A DNA stretch of 64,000 nt from Lama glama. Lineage: Eukaryota. A program made the translations under genes and the position numbers. The notes beneath the pieces are model-generated. The model was not told the origin of the DNA. It saw only the letters and a program-made list of their open reading frames with translations, and made no database searches. Position 1 is the first letter of the stretch. Every line of letters begins with the position of its first letter. Location: assembly GCA_028534125.1 (NCBI GenBank), contig CM052816.1, positions 34,846,001 to 34,910,000 of the forward strand. The letters are read 5' to 3'. Positions 11,273-24,574 of the stretch are shown here, piece by piece.

Positions 11273-12874
11273 CCATAAGCTTCTTAAATAGTCAATAGAC
11301 TGTTGATCATAGACATCCTTTTTATATTGAAATTTGAAGATACTCCATCAGTTATTTCATTAATCCAGAAAAGTTCAGAAGTTTCATATGTTATCTCTCT
11401 GGACAGGATCATACTCTGAGTGAAATGTTTAAAGAATGAAGTTTGCTTTTAAGTAAGTATGTTAAAATTTGCCACAAATTAATATAGAAATCTCATCCTA
11501 CTTGTTAAAGACATACAAAATTGGAGTTGATAATTTAGCTATGAATTTGAAACACTTCATAGTCAAGGAGACTTAGTTTAATAAGCTCCATGAAAATGAT
11601 TTTCTGTGTCGAAACTAGATTTTGACGTTAGAAGTTAGAAAATGGTTTATTTGACCTTAGATTATTCTTTGGGTCACAGAAAATTTTACAGAATATAAGC
11701 AGTTTTGGCTCATACCCAGTTAAGGAACACCTTTTATTTGCTCTGCCAGGGCTGTATTTTTTTCCTTTTCCAGGATGTTTGTGCCCTGCTGCCCATTGCT
11801 TACTGAAAATTGGAAGTTGAAGTTCTACGTCTAACTTCTCAAAGCTCAGATTAGTGCTGCTCTTTGTTAATTGCATTTTGTTCTCTTGTTTTCATCTGCC
11901 TATAGAAGGAGAAACTCACTAATTAGTCAAAATGTTAATAATATATCATCACCATAAAGAAAAGAGAATTTCTTAGTAATTATCACTTCCTTTCAAAAAC
12001 AAATTAAAATCTGTCATTTTTGTATTAAAAGACCGTGTACAAAGGTTAATCTTTAATGAAGTTGTTGACCAGAATGGTTGATGTGGTTGGAAAGAGCATT
12101 TAAGAATTATTTTCAGCATTAATAAGTAATATTTTAGCTTTTGGTAATGTAAGATGACTAATGCTTTGTGAGTTTTTGATTGTAACTAGATTAACCAAAG
12201 TTAAATATGTATAAAACTAATTTTTCTGTTTTTTATTAACCCTTTATCATAGTTTTTCGCTCCTTATCTAAATACTCTTCAGTTGAAATTTTTTTGTGTT
12301 CACGGTCCTGTCAGAGGACTAAAGTAAAGATTTGTCAGTGCTGCTTTTTATGAATATCAATCTCTCTCCATTGAAAAGTGATTTTTGTAAAAAAGGAAGG
12401 GAAAAGTTAAGCTTTTAGAACATGGTAACAATGAAAATTTACTCATAGAGGTTGTGTTATCAGTTGTCAATATGTAATTAGAAAGTTGTTTTGGTTAGGT
12501 CAGATGATTAATAAATCTATTATTTATTCCAGATAGCATTTAATATGTGATTACCAAGCAAATTACTTAAAACTTTATTTACAAATATGTCTAAAATATA
12601 AAGAACTTGTATCTAAGGACTATGGAATTAGTTTAACTAAGAAAATAATAAATCGATAATTTGATAACTTGCTATATTCTGTATTCATCTGAAAAAATTA
12701 CATTCTCCTGAATATTTATTTCTGTATTTATTTTTTAAATATATTAAAAAATGAATTGGCACCTGATGAAGCATGTAGAGCATCAGTAGTTCACTCTCTG
12801 CTGCGATGCCTGGTTAACACTCCAAATGATAAATGCACATGTAATGACAGTTTATTTATTTTCTAAATTTGCAG

Positions 12875-13060
12875 TTCAGAGTGCAGTGATGGAGAATGGT
12901 CTGCTTCTTTGCCTCATCGATTTTCTGGTACAGAAAAAGATCAGTCCTCAAGTGATGAAAGCTGGGAGACTCTGCCAGGAAAAGATGAGAATGAACCTGA
13001 ACTGCAGAGTGACAGCAGTGGTCCTGAAGAGGAAAACCAGGAATTATCTCTTCAGGAAGG
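12875..13060 (+). CDS. PJA2: PJA2 exon 5 ([17 protein letters not shown]...ELSLQEG)
   Basis: tttgCAG acceptor ending 12874 and donor GG|GTACGT at 13060/13061. 186 nt, phase 2-2. Matches the ORF 12909-13145 frame. Confidence 0.96.
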
Positions 13061-13564
13061 GTACGTTACCAGTAAGATTTGTTATTTGTGTCTGTATTGC
13101 ACAAGAATGTTATACGTCACATTCAAATGTTGGGTGTGCTATTAATTGCGTTTACAAGCCCTATGTGAGACCAGTAGACTAGTAGATCCTACTGATTTTT
13201 TTTGTTACGCTTTTAGTATTTTACAGAGAACAAATTGAAAATACTGGTAATTACAGTGTCTTCTACTGAGGTATAGTATATGTTTCCACTTTGCTTTATT
13301 GAAGAAAACTTGGACATTTAAAAGATTATTTTGGTTATGTTAGGTATGAGTGAATCAGAGTTGCCAATGCTGTGTACTGCAGATAATGGCAAAGGAGAAG
13401 GGACAGCCCTCAGGGAAATCATTGATGTGTTCATAAAAATGGAGGCAGTTGCAAAAGTTAAAGTTTTAATATTGCTGCTTATTCATTGGATGATATCTCC
13501 AGAAATTAATGTTTGATGATAAGTATCTTTGTATTTTCTTAGCTTTAATGGGAATGCTCTAGTG

Positions 13565-13784
13565 CAGGTGTTGTCAAATTTGTACTGCAAAGGGCCAGAT
13601 AGTAAATATTTTTGGCTTTGTATGTCAGTCTCTATTGGAGCTACTCAATTCTACTGTTGTAATATAAGAGTACCCATAGACTGTATATAAATGAATGGGT
13701 ATAGCTATCTTCCAACAAAATTTTATTTACAGAAACAGGTGGTGGGCTGGAAGTAACCTGCTGGACACAGTTTACCAACCCTTA
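13565..13784 (+). mobile_element. MER58A MITE
   Basis: TIRs caggtgttgtcaaatt / agtttaccaaccctta; internal aagggccagatagtaaatatttttggcttt and aaaattttatttacagaaacaggtggtggg. Confidence 0.75.
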
Positions 13785-14734
13785 CTCCACTAATATTTCC
13801 CTAGTATGAGTCATTCTGGCTTTTAGGTTGATTTCATACACAGACACTCACACACACAATTTTTTTTAAATCACACAAAGGAAATATCCCCTTGTTTGTA
13901 TTTTATAGATTTTTAGCAAGAATGTTTGTTCAATTTTATTACAGTCTTCTTAGCACCAATAGAAATAGCATAATGATTTTTCACTTTTGATGTAATGATC
14001 ATGAAGAATTATTCTATTACTAGATTTCCTAGTATTCAGCTACCCTTACTTCTTGTAATAAACCCAACGTGATCACATAGTCATGGTTTATTGTTGTTTT
14101 AATGAGCTGCTGGGTTCTATTTGTTAATATTTTACATAGAATTTTTACATTGAGACCTGTCTCTAGTTCTGTCTGGTTGTTGGGGTTTTTTTGTGGTGGG
14201 GATATTCATCTTGATAAGTTTGATACTTGCTCTGCTAAAGGAGTATTTTTGTTTTTTTGTATCTTTCAGTGTTTAGATAGCTATTTATTTATGATTTATT
14301 ATAAAGGTTGTTAGTATTTGCTTGTGAAACCTTGTAGGTTTAGTGTTTTATTTAGTGAGGGAGTATTTCCTTGATAATTTTCTTTTTTTCCTATGGTAAT
14401 TGGTTGGCTCTAATTTTTAGTCTCTCATAGGATCTATTTTGATATGTTTTCTCAGGAAAAAAATATTTCAGCTTGGACTAACATTAAAATTTTTACTTCT
14501 CAAAAGGTATAAATTTCCCGTTTGAGATTAATTTTGTAATAAAATCTGGGAACAAAGCATTAGAAAATCTTTAAAGAAAGAAATTTATAAACATAATTGA
14601 TTTTGACAGTGATAGGTTGAGGTGGCATTTTTTCCTCTTCCTGATTTTATATTTGATCATCTTTAATCGCTATTAGTTAGTTTATAAAGTATTATTAATT
14701 TTTTCATATGTAATTTGTGATAGTAACTATACGT

Positions 14735-15362
14735 GCAACAGATATTTACTGAGCATATAGCATATGACAGGTATTGTACTGGATCCTGGGATTATATCAG
14801 TGAACAAGACAAATAAGATTCCCTCGTGAAGTTTACATTATGTTGGGAGAGGCAGATAATAAAGAAGATACAAACATGGTAAATTACACACTGTGATAAT
14901 TACTGTGAAGGGAATAAAACACTAGTGTGGTAAAGTAACTGACAGGGGCTTACATTAATCAGAGTGGTCAGGGAGAGAGCTTCTCTTGGGAATTGACTTT
15001 TGAGCTGAAATCTAAAAGATGAGGATTAGCAGTTGGTTGAGAGAGAGCTTTGTAGGCAAAGGGGAATGTGAGAGCAGAGGTTTTGAAAAAGAAGAGACTT
15101 GACCTGTATGAAGGTGGTGGGGCTGAAGCAGGTGACTGAAAAGAAGCGTGATAGGAGGTGAAGTGACAGGAACCAGACTGTGCAGAACGTAAAGCATCTG
15201 GAATTTATTCACAGAGCAGTGAGATTTTAAGAGGAGAATTAACTGATTTGACACACATTTTTAAAACGTCATTCTGACAGCTTTGTGGAGATTGAATTGG
15301 AAAGGGACTAAAGTAAAAAAGCAAAAAAGAGGTTGAGGAGTCAGTCGCTATGTAATAGGCCC
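14735..15362 (-). mobile_element. L2 LINE 3' portion
   Basis: caacagatatttactgagca...cagtgaacaagaca...agagtggtcagggag...gattttaagaggaga, typical reverse L2. Confidence 0.75.
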
Positions 15363-15369
15363 AATTTAC

Positions 15370-18190
15370 AGTAAAACATAACAATTTTAAACTTGAATGC
15401 ACCTAATAAAATAGACTCAAAATATATAAATCAAAATTTGACCAAAATAGAGAATATTGATAGATTTTGTCATATTAGAAAAATTTTGAATATATCTCTC
15501 AGTTACTGATGCAGGGATATGAAAAATTAATTGCAAGTTTGAACAGCTCTCTTAAGCATGGTTTAAGGAACACTACGTCCTGTAGAATGCAAAAACACAA
15601 AAACTGAGCATGTACTGGACTGGAAAGCACAGATGAACACATTTCAAACAATCAATATCCTGCAAACTATATTGTCTGACCACAGTGCAATTAACTTGGA
15701 AATAAATAATAAAAATATATTTTAATACATAAATACATATTTTTATATATAAAAACCCTATGCATTTTTAAATTATCCATCCTTCTAAACACTCAGTAGG
15801 ACAAAGAAGAAATCATACTAGAAATTTAAAATGCTCACAACTCTATGATAATGAAAATACCACAATCAAAGTCTGTAGGATTGCAATGAAATTGGTATTT
15901 AAAGGGAAATTTACCTTTATAAATACTTATGTTAGAAAAGAACAAAAGCTGAAAGTGGAGTAGTTGTGCATTTAACTTTAAAAAATAGAATATAAATGTT
16001 AGACTAGACAAAGAAAATAAGGAGATAAGAATTAGAATTAGGAAAGCTAAGAACAAAAATCAAGGAATTAGAAAACAGCTAAAATAGAATCTAAGAAATC
16101 AGAAGCAGATACTTTGAAAAGATTAAAAAAAAGAAAAAGAGACATCCCACTTGATAGTGAACAAGAAAATAAAGACGACACAAATAAATAATACTGAAAT
16201 ATATAAGTGGACATAGTTGCAAACACAGTAAAGATTGGATAGACTAAAAAGAGTACCAGTAAATTTAAAAACTCAGAAGAATTTGACAAATAGAATTCAC
16301 TAAAACTCACTCAAGAAGAATTAGGAAACCTAAATAATACAGTACCTATTACAGATACATAATCAATGGTTTAAAATCTTCCTCTGGAGAAAACAACTGA
16401 TCCAAATGGTTTTAGAGCTGAATTCTCTTAAACTAAAGTCTCACGGATCATACCATGCCACTCTTCGAGAGACTAGAAAAAGAACTGTTTCTTCAAGTCA
16501 TTCTAATAAGGCCAGTATAACCCTAATGCCAAAAGAGTATGTGAAGAAAATTATAAGCCTGTTTCATTCATTAAATTGCACATCAGAATCCTAAAAAGAA
16601 TTACTGGAAATCTGAATTTGTAAGTGTAATTTTTTAACAGATAAAACTCAATTACCAGTCTGAGTTTATTCCATTTAAGCAAAGGTAATTTCACTCAGAA
16701 TACCTGTAAATGTCATTCACCATGTTAGCAAAATACAGCAGAAAATTCATATGATAGATTCCATTGATACAAGGGGAAAAAATCACTTTATAATGTTCAG
16801 CAGTTCTTCATGATAAAAAGTTAGAAACTAAGATTAGAACAGAATTCCCTTGCCTTCATAAAAACTGTCTTTAAAAAAAATACGATAGAAATCATTTTCA
16901 ACAAAAGAAGCATTAAAAAAAAATTCCCCCTTAAAATCAGGAGCAAGACAAGGGTGCTCTATAGCACCATTTTTGTAGCCATTCTAGGGGAGATCTTAGC
17001 ATGGCAGTATGGGAGAATAATAGAAGGCAAGAAGATACAAAAGAAGAGACACTGAAAAGGAAAGAAACAAACTATGAAAATACATATATATACTATAAAG
17101 TCTTAATGTGCAGAATGTGTAAAGAACTCCTGGAAGTCATTAAGAAAAACTGATAATCTAATTGCAAAATGACTAAAACATTGAGCAGATAATTCACTGA
17201 AGAATATTAATGGTGAATAAAAATATCCAAAAATGCTTAGACCATTAGTAATCAGGGGAGTGTACATTAAAATCACAAGGAAGTATCATTTTTTTACCCA
17301 TCCATTAGATTAACAAATATTAAGAAATTTGACAGTGTCAGGTGTTTTGGAGGATATAGATCAGCTCTTACACACTGCTTGTTGAGGTCTGAAGTAGGTC
17401 AAATCCACTGAAATTATGGAATAATTTTAATATTTGCATGGTAAACTACCCAGCTGTTCTACTTTTAGATGTGTACTCTGGAGAAGCTTCCCCATATGGT
17501 CTAGGAGTTGGGTTCAGAATTGTTCATTGCAGTACTTTTCATGAAATCTATACAACTGGATATTACCCAGTTATTAATTAATAGGAGAAAAATTAGTGGT
17601 GTATTCATACATAAAGTATTATACAGGGAATGAGTATGAACCACAGTTATGTGCAAAAACACGGATGAATCTTAAAGATAGAAAGTTGAATGAGAAGAGT
17701 CATTCTTGGAAAAATGTGTGTATCTGTTTCACTAAGCTTAAAAACAAGGAGTAGTACGTGTCTTATTTTAAGCATACAAAACGTGTTTCAAAAAGCAGTG
17801 GAGAGAGGAGGGTATAGCTCAAGTGGTAGAACACATGCTTAAGCATGCAGGAGGTCCTGGGACTTGAACCCAAAATAAATAAATAAATGGATCAAAAATA
17901 AATAAATGAACAAATCTAATTACCTCCCCTCTCAAAAAAAAAACAATAAAAAGAAAGTATTAAAAAAGAAAAAAAGGCAATGGAATGACAAAAGCGTCAA
18001 CAAGGTAGTTCTTTTCTCTGAAGGGTCAGGCCAAGGAGATAGGAAAGGTGTAGAATACAAAACATGCTGGTCAGTGGTAATATTCACATACCTGGCTTGG
18101 GTAGTGGGATTATGAATGTTCGATGTAATACACATTATAACTTAAATAGATTGTGTATATTTTGCATTTGAAAAAAAAGTAATTAAAAAA
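15370..18190 (+). mobile_element. Old, highly degenerate L1 (L1M/L1ME-type) ORF2 plus 3' UTR in sense orientation, interrupted by a SINE
   Basis: A-rich, with recognisable ORF2 blocks (atgcacctaataaaatag, tctgaccacagtgcaattaa, aggccagtataaccctaatgccaaa, aaatcaggagcaagacaagg) and 3' UTR blocks (ggatgaatcttaaag). No intact ORF. Confidence 0.75.
17802..17975 (+). mobile_element. Camelid tRNA-Ala-derived SINE (Vic-1 type)
   Basis: ggagggtatagctcaagtggtagaacacatgcttaagcatgcaggaggtcctggg (A box and tRNA-like head), aataaa-rich body, ctaattacctcccc and an A tail. Degenerate TSD aaaagcagtgg / aaaggcaatgg. Confidence 0.85.
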
Positions 18191-21169
18191 TGAAGGGAAC
18201 TGAAGTGAGAAGATGGAGACAGTCACCATACACAGTTCTTTACGAAAGGGAAGGGGCCACAGGTGGATTTTGAGATTTTGGGTATATGTATTTTGAGTTA
18301 TAAAATGAAAACCAGTTAAATACCATTTAACTAGGAATGTTTATTATGCTCTCCAGAGTTTTATAAAATGAATTTCTTATAATAGAGCTGTATTATTTTA
18401 TGAATGCCTCAGCCCTTTAAAATGTTGATATTCACCTGAAGATTTAATATTCTGTGCTGTTAATAGTAGATATGCAAATTGCTATTTATTAGCTAAAGAA
18501 AACCAGATTTGTAACACAAAAATAGTTAGTGTTGTCAGAGATTTTATTTGATTTGTCTGCCTTTCATTTTCTTCGTTTCTCAGGAAATTCTATGATGCAT
18601 GATTATATAATAGCATATTTTAAAACTTTTTAATGAAAAATTTTTAAAATACTCAATATTAGTTTATTAATATATCTCTATAATTTTAATATTGCTATTT
18701 GAATGTCATTAAATTTAGTTTGTTGTTGAGGAACAGAGATCGTTAATCATGAAGCATAAATCATAAAGGGAGCAACAGTCTGTTTACCTGAAGCTTTGGA
18801 ACAGTGTAGCCTGTAATCAGGAGAGTATGATGCTGGTGGTCTTCTAGGATTTTCACTGGGAGGAGGTTGTGGGGATAGATGAAGGGCCATTTCTGGCTTC
18901 CTGTTAATGGCAGCAGCATTCACTTCCTCCAAACTGTGCTGAAGATGCTCAAAGGAAAGGACAGATTGGCAATTTCCTCTCCCAGTTGAAATGCCTGTAG
19001 CGTTGGTAGTGGTGGTGGTAGGGCTTCCACATCTTCCATCTACTGGATTATTTTTTTAGAATTGACCGTTTGGAGGCATGATTAACTAATACATCTTTTT
19101 AAGTCTCATTACTGTGTAACATTGTAATGTCATTTTGTTGACTTTTGAATCATTAAAATGAAGAAAGGTCATTGAAAGTCTAAATTTTTGTGAATGTGTT
19201 ACATATGGTATGTGTTTGGTATATGTATGTGTATAGGGAGAGAGAATACAGTATGCTGAAATAGTTTCAAAGCTTTTAAAGGATTTAAACTTACATTATA
19301 TACTGAGATTCCCATGGAGATATTTGTTTCTCTTGTTAGTTGCACAAAATGAAAGATGTTTTTGACCTTATCATTCAGATCTTTTTTTTTTAAGATCAGA
19401 ATTCCTTTTGCTATACTATGAAGCCAACTCTTGCCCAGCACAGTGCCACTCTTCTAGCTGATAAATGTCATTTTAAATGGTAGGAATTTTTTGAACTTTA
19501 TGTAAATGTATTGAAAGAATATGCCACATAGCACTTATTTTCTGTTTCTGTAACTGTGTCATGAATCATGAAGACAGAATCAATTGTTTAAGCAAAATAT
19601 GTAGCCAAGAATTATTTGTATAGTAAAAGAGTATTAATAATGTTATGAATTGTTTTGATTCACAATGATTTCTTATTTTAGTTTTCTTCTTTGAATTAAA
19701 AAAAACTCACAAATTAGTATTTATTTCTTATACTAAACATTTTTACTGATATATTTGAGTTTTATGTATCTAAGAACAGAGTAAGAGAGTCATTTTGATG
19801 GCTATAGAATAGGAAAAAGAAATGTATTTCTTGTAGGCATACATTCAAAATAACAGACATTTCCTAGGACTATTCTGGGCTTAATCTCTAAATCATTTGA
19901 CTTTTAAAAGATTATTTTTCAAGGATTTATTATTACATTTGCAACACAGAGAGAGAGAGAGTACTTCTTATATGTTAAGCACTTGTTACAGGGTGTAAGG
20001 CTACAGTGATGAGAGAACATTGTATGCCCTTGAGAAGTTCCCAGTCTAGGAGGAGACAAGTGAGTCACCAGAATAGCTACGGTACAGTGTGGTGAGTACT
20101 CTCGTAAAGGTGTGAAGACAGATCAGCTGCTTAGGCATTTTTAGTTTGATTTTGTGTTTTAAAACCATTTGGGGGTTAATTTTTCATTGTTCCTGGTTAT
20201 TATGCATGAAAGGAAAACATCCGCTATCTTTGTATATAAGACATTAAAAATTTAACAAAATAAGCACATGTTGTGCTGATTTTTGTTATTTTACTACACT
20301 AAATCTTATAAACCTGTTATTCTGAAGTGAAGTTTAGGATCTGAAATTAAAGAAACATTTATGAGTTTAGGTATATTAAGACATACTGTTTCTATGTGTT
20401 TTAAATGTTTAACTTCTCATGTATGGGCATTGTCTAAGTATCTTTCATAAATATTTTCCCCCCCAAAGTTAAATTTACACATTAGAATGAATAGAATTCT
20501 AATTAAAGCTGTTCTTCAAATTGAAATATGTAAATTGCTATATAACTTTATTTCTTATTTTAAAACCCAAACTAAAATTAAATTTTTCCAAGAATGTACT
20601 CAAATATTTAACCTACTCTTGGTATACTAAAAGATATTTTCTGTTAAGATAAATAAGAAAACCCTACCAGTATAATTTTCTTATTTATAATTTCAAAAAG
20701 TACTTTTTGTTCAGTCATTGCTGAAATGCCTTTTTTATGTATTATAATTATTAATGTTTCTCACTTTGGTCTTTGTGTCCAAATTTTTGGTGTTTTGGCT
20801 TTTCCAGGAGTATTTTCTTTCATGTGTATGTTGTGAAATTTAACAATCTGTTTATCAGAGGCTTTAAGGTTTTTGCATCATGCTTAGAATGATGCTGAGA
20901 TTTTTATAAAAATTTGTCTCATGATTCTGATACTTTTATTGTTTTAGTGGTGTTGGGGGTGGCACACATGCATTTTTAAAAAATAGATCTGGAATTTATT
21001 CAAGAGTGAGGAATGACATAGAGATTTAACCTCCCTGCCTCCAGATGGATACCTAGTTGTCCCAATATTATTTATTGAGTGATCCTTTTTCCTGTTGTTT
21101 AGCAATGCTTCTTTTATCTCTTTCTAATTTTATTTATCTGTGCCATTGGTTTGTCCCTGTTTCTATGAG

Positions 21170-21590
21170 CTTAAAGTGGGAGAATGACTTACAGTAAACA
21201 AGTAAGAAAATAAGTAAAGATAAGTTCTATAATGAAACTAAGTAAAGTAATATGATAGCCAGTGACTGATGAGCTACATAAAATGAGTGGTCCAAACAAG
21301 CCTCCCTGAAAGAAGTGACATTTACTCTGATCTGAAAAGTGAGGAAGGAGTGGCTATGCAAAAATCTGGTGAAAGAACATTTCAGGTAGAGGAAATGGCC
21401 CCAAGATGGACTGTTCTCCATGTGTTCCAAGAGTAGAAAGAATAGTAGAAGTATAGTAAATGAGAGAAGAGTGGTGACTGTAGGAACAGTTGGAGAAAGA
21501 GGGCTGAGGAGAAATCACGTATCATGTAGAGATTTGTAGGCCAGGCGCCAGGCTCAGGAGTTTGAATTTTATGTTGACTGAAAGGAAACT
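21170..21590 (-). mobile_element. L2 fragment
   Basis: gcctccctgaaagaagtgacattt...gaaagaacatttcaggtagaggaaa...ggagtttgaattttat. Confidence 0.65.
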
Positions 21591-21914
21591 ACTCAAGAGC
21601 AGGGCTTAAAAATTCAGATCGTCTAGGATGAGTTTTTAATTTTTATCCTGCAAAAAAGAGGAAATACAGGAGCACAGATAATATGTATATCAAACAAATA
21701 GGTTTTTATGTAATTAGGAACTATTTCTATAGGTTATGACTGTGTAATGGATTTGCTTCTCTTTTAAATGATTTTACACTTAAAACAGATTTTTAGAGCC
21801 ATGTTAAGTGCCAAGAATTTAGAGCTTAAAAAATAATTACTTGCATTAAATAAAACTCTTTAAAGATATGTTTTCAAGTGATATTTTTTTCTTCTATTAA
21901 AATGTTTGTATTAG

Positions 21915-22100
21915 GGAACAGACATCCTTGGAAGAGGGAGAAATTCCTTGGTTACAGTACAATGAAGTCAATGAAAGCAGCAGTGATGAAGGAAATGAGC
22001 CTGCCAATGAATTTGCACAGCCAGAAGCTTTCATGTTGGATGGTAACAATAACCTTGAGGATGACTCCAGTGTGAGTGAAGACTTAGACGTGGACTGGAG
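21915..22100 (+). CDS. PJA2: PJA2 exon 6 ([61 protein letters not shown])
   Basis: TAG acceptor ending 21914 and donor AG|GTAGCG at 22100/22101. 186 nt, phase 2-2. Hand translation gives the praja-family motif [19 protein letters not shown]. Confidence 0.96.
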
Positions 22101-24440
22101 GTAGCGCAGTGTTATTAGCATACTTAATTGATCATTGAGTAGAATTTGTTCATGATTCTAAATTATGAAAACTGAATCTCTGATAGCTAATAAAATATTC
22201 CAGTTTTCCCATCTGTCAGTCTTCTTCTCCTTCAGAGCTCATATCAGATGCCACTTCCTGCATGGACTTCCTACTTACTCCAGTCCATGACCTCTTCCTT
22301 CTTTGACTGTTAGCTCTCTTGAAGCTCCCCTTACATCCTAGTTATTTATACACTGGGTTTGAGGTTTCTGGCTTTTAAATTTAGCTTTCTATACTAAATG
22401 TAGCATTTAGTATAATCCTTAAAAAAAAATCCTTAATGAATACTACTTGAAGAATTTTAGAACCTGTGATTGAATCAGAGGAATCATATGACTATAGTTT
22501 TCCTTCTCTTTATGCATAATATGGAAAATTTAATTATACTTTCCCAGAGATGTTGAAAGTATTAAATTTACTTTATGCTGACAAAAAAATAGCTGCAAAT
22601 AAAAAGAGCATAAATTAAGTGCATTTTAGAATATTACAGCTCATGATACAATGGTCAGAATTTAACTGTTTTGGTTTATATAAACAGACATATCTTTCAA
22701 GTATGCAGTAGCCCTTTGGAAGCAGCTAATTATTGAGATACAGGGAGAATATTTGTTCCAGCTGATCCTTTTTTGTTACTTTTTCTGGAAAAAAATATGG
22801 CTTGCTTATATCTCTGCACAGATATGTTTTTAAGAATTTGTCTTGTTTTCCTAGTTAAAATTCCATTACAGAAAATTTTTAAAAATAAGGTAAGAAAAAC
22901 TCATTTATATCCCCTGATAACTCTAGAACTTACGATTTTAAGGCCTCCTTTGTGTCTTCACTTTCCCTTTCTGTGTGTGTAGCTACTTCTTTCTATTCCC
23001 CAAATTGTTCCACACATGAAATTAAACATCATCATGAAATCCTCTTTACCATTTTCTATTCTCATTACCCTGTTCTCTTGTAATAAAAATTATAAGTTCA
23101 GAGAAGACTTTTATTGACCATTTTGTGGAAGTAGAAGTGGGGTTTCATCACAGCCACAAAAACAGTTTGTAATTCTATCCTAAACATTCCCGTTCTCCAA
23201 AACCTGTTTTCTGTCTTCTCAAACATTATGGAAGGTCAGTGGCTTCACCTAATCCAGTCTTGCTGATCTTGAAACCCCCTTCTTTTCTTCCCTGTCTGAT
23301 GTCTGCCCCTTCCCCTCTTACCGAACTCCTGTAAATTCTGATGTCTTCTTTGATAATATTATACAAAGTCACTCCTCACAGCAATGCTAAGCAGATGACA
23401 GAATCATCTAGTTAGCATCATCTGTGCGCCTTCAGAGGCAATTATACAGTTTTATATGAGAAATTTTGTTCTTTTGCACATTTTCAAATTTTTATAAATA
23501 TAGTTTTTACAGCTGCATTATATAGACGGTCTTTTGTACAGACACACTAAAATTTAATTGATCATTTCCCCATTGAAATAATGCAGTAACCCTGACCCTT
23601 CCTCCTGGTAAGTTGGTCTGTACTTCAGGGTTGGTTTGTTTTGTTTTTTTTTTTGACACATTAGTAAGAGGCGACATTACTGAGATGTGTCCCTTTTTTG
23701 AGATCTTGGTATATAGTTCTAAATAACGTTCAAAAAAGTTTTCAGATAAAAATTTGAAGGAATAATTGAGGTCTTTATTGAATATAAGTTTAACTTAAAT
23801 TTGAAAACTTTTGTTTTAAATTCTAATTCATTGATGGTATTTCTGGATTTGGCTGTTGTGTTAAGATTTTAGAGACATTGCTAATTGTCCCAAAATTTGG
23901 GAAGCTTCACAATAGTTTTATTTTTTAATATGGAAAGCAATTAAGTGCTGATTTTAAGACAAAAATTTTGACGGCTACTGTTTTGAATTTTGTCTCAATA
24001 AGGCAATACCTCATTATTTGCTTATGTAATACTCTATTAAATGTATGTGGTAGTAGCTAAAGGTTGATAAGGCAAAAATATGGTTTGGTTTTCATATTAA
24101 AATAGCATGTCATTTTGATAACTAAAAGTAAAACCCATGGCAAATGGCAGCAGTTCTTATCTAATGCCAAAATTTGACAAACTTTTTTTTCAGTTTTTCT
24201 ACTTCTTAGAGAAAAAAATTAAAGATATTTGGTTTTTTATTTTATCTTAAAGGAAAATGGAAAAAGTCCTCTATCAGAAGTTTTCTTTCTTTAAGTCGCA
24301 GGAATGTTGTAGAATAACCACAGAATATTTCATGCATAGATTGGTGTGGTAGGAGTTGATATGGAGAAAACATGGATTTTGGATTTAGAAAAATCCCAAC
24401 TGTGCCATTTATTTATTTGATAACAAGCTTTCTATTGGTT

Positions 24441-24502
24441 AGAAATTGAGGTTATAATTATTAACCTAATAAGAAATTGGGGTTATAATAATTAACCTAA
24501 TA
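24441..24502. repeat. 31-bp tandem duplication of a palindrome-containing unit within a MIR relic
   Basis: agaaattgaggttataattattaacctaata / agaaattggggttataataattaacctaata. Confidence 0.85.
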
Positions 24503-24574
24503 AGATTGTGAGAAATTAATGTTTTGTGGACATAACCATGGTTCAGTAATAGAATTTTAACTATTTTGAATCAT

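Noticed and set aside
17805..17875. tRNA-Ala gene
   Set aside because: It has a SINE body, A tail and TSD, and a disrupted T-arm; it is a tRNA-derived SINE.
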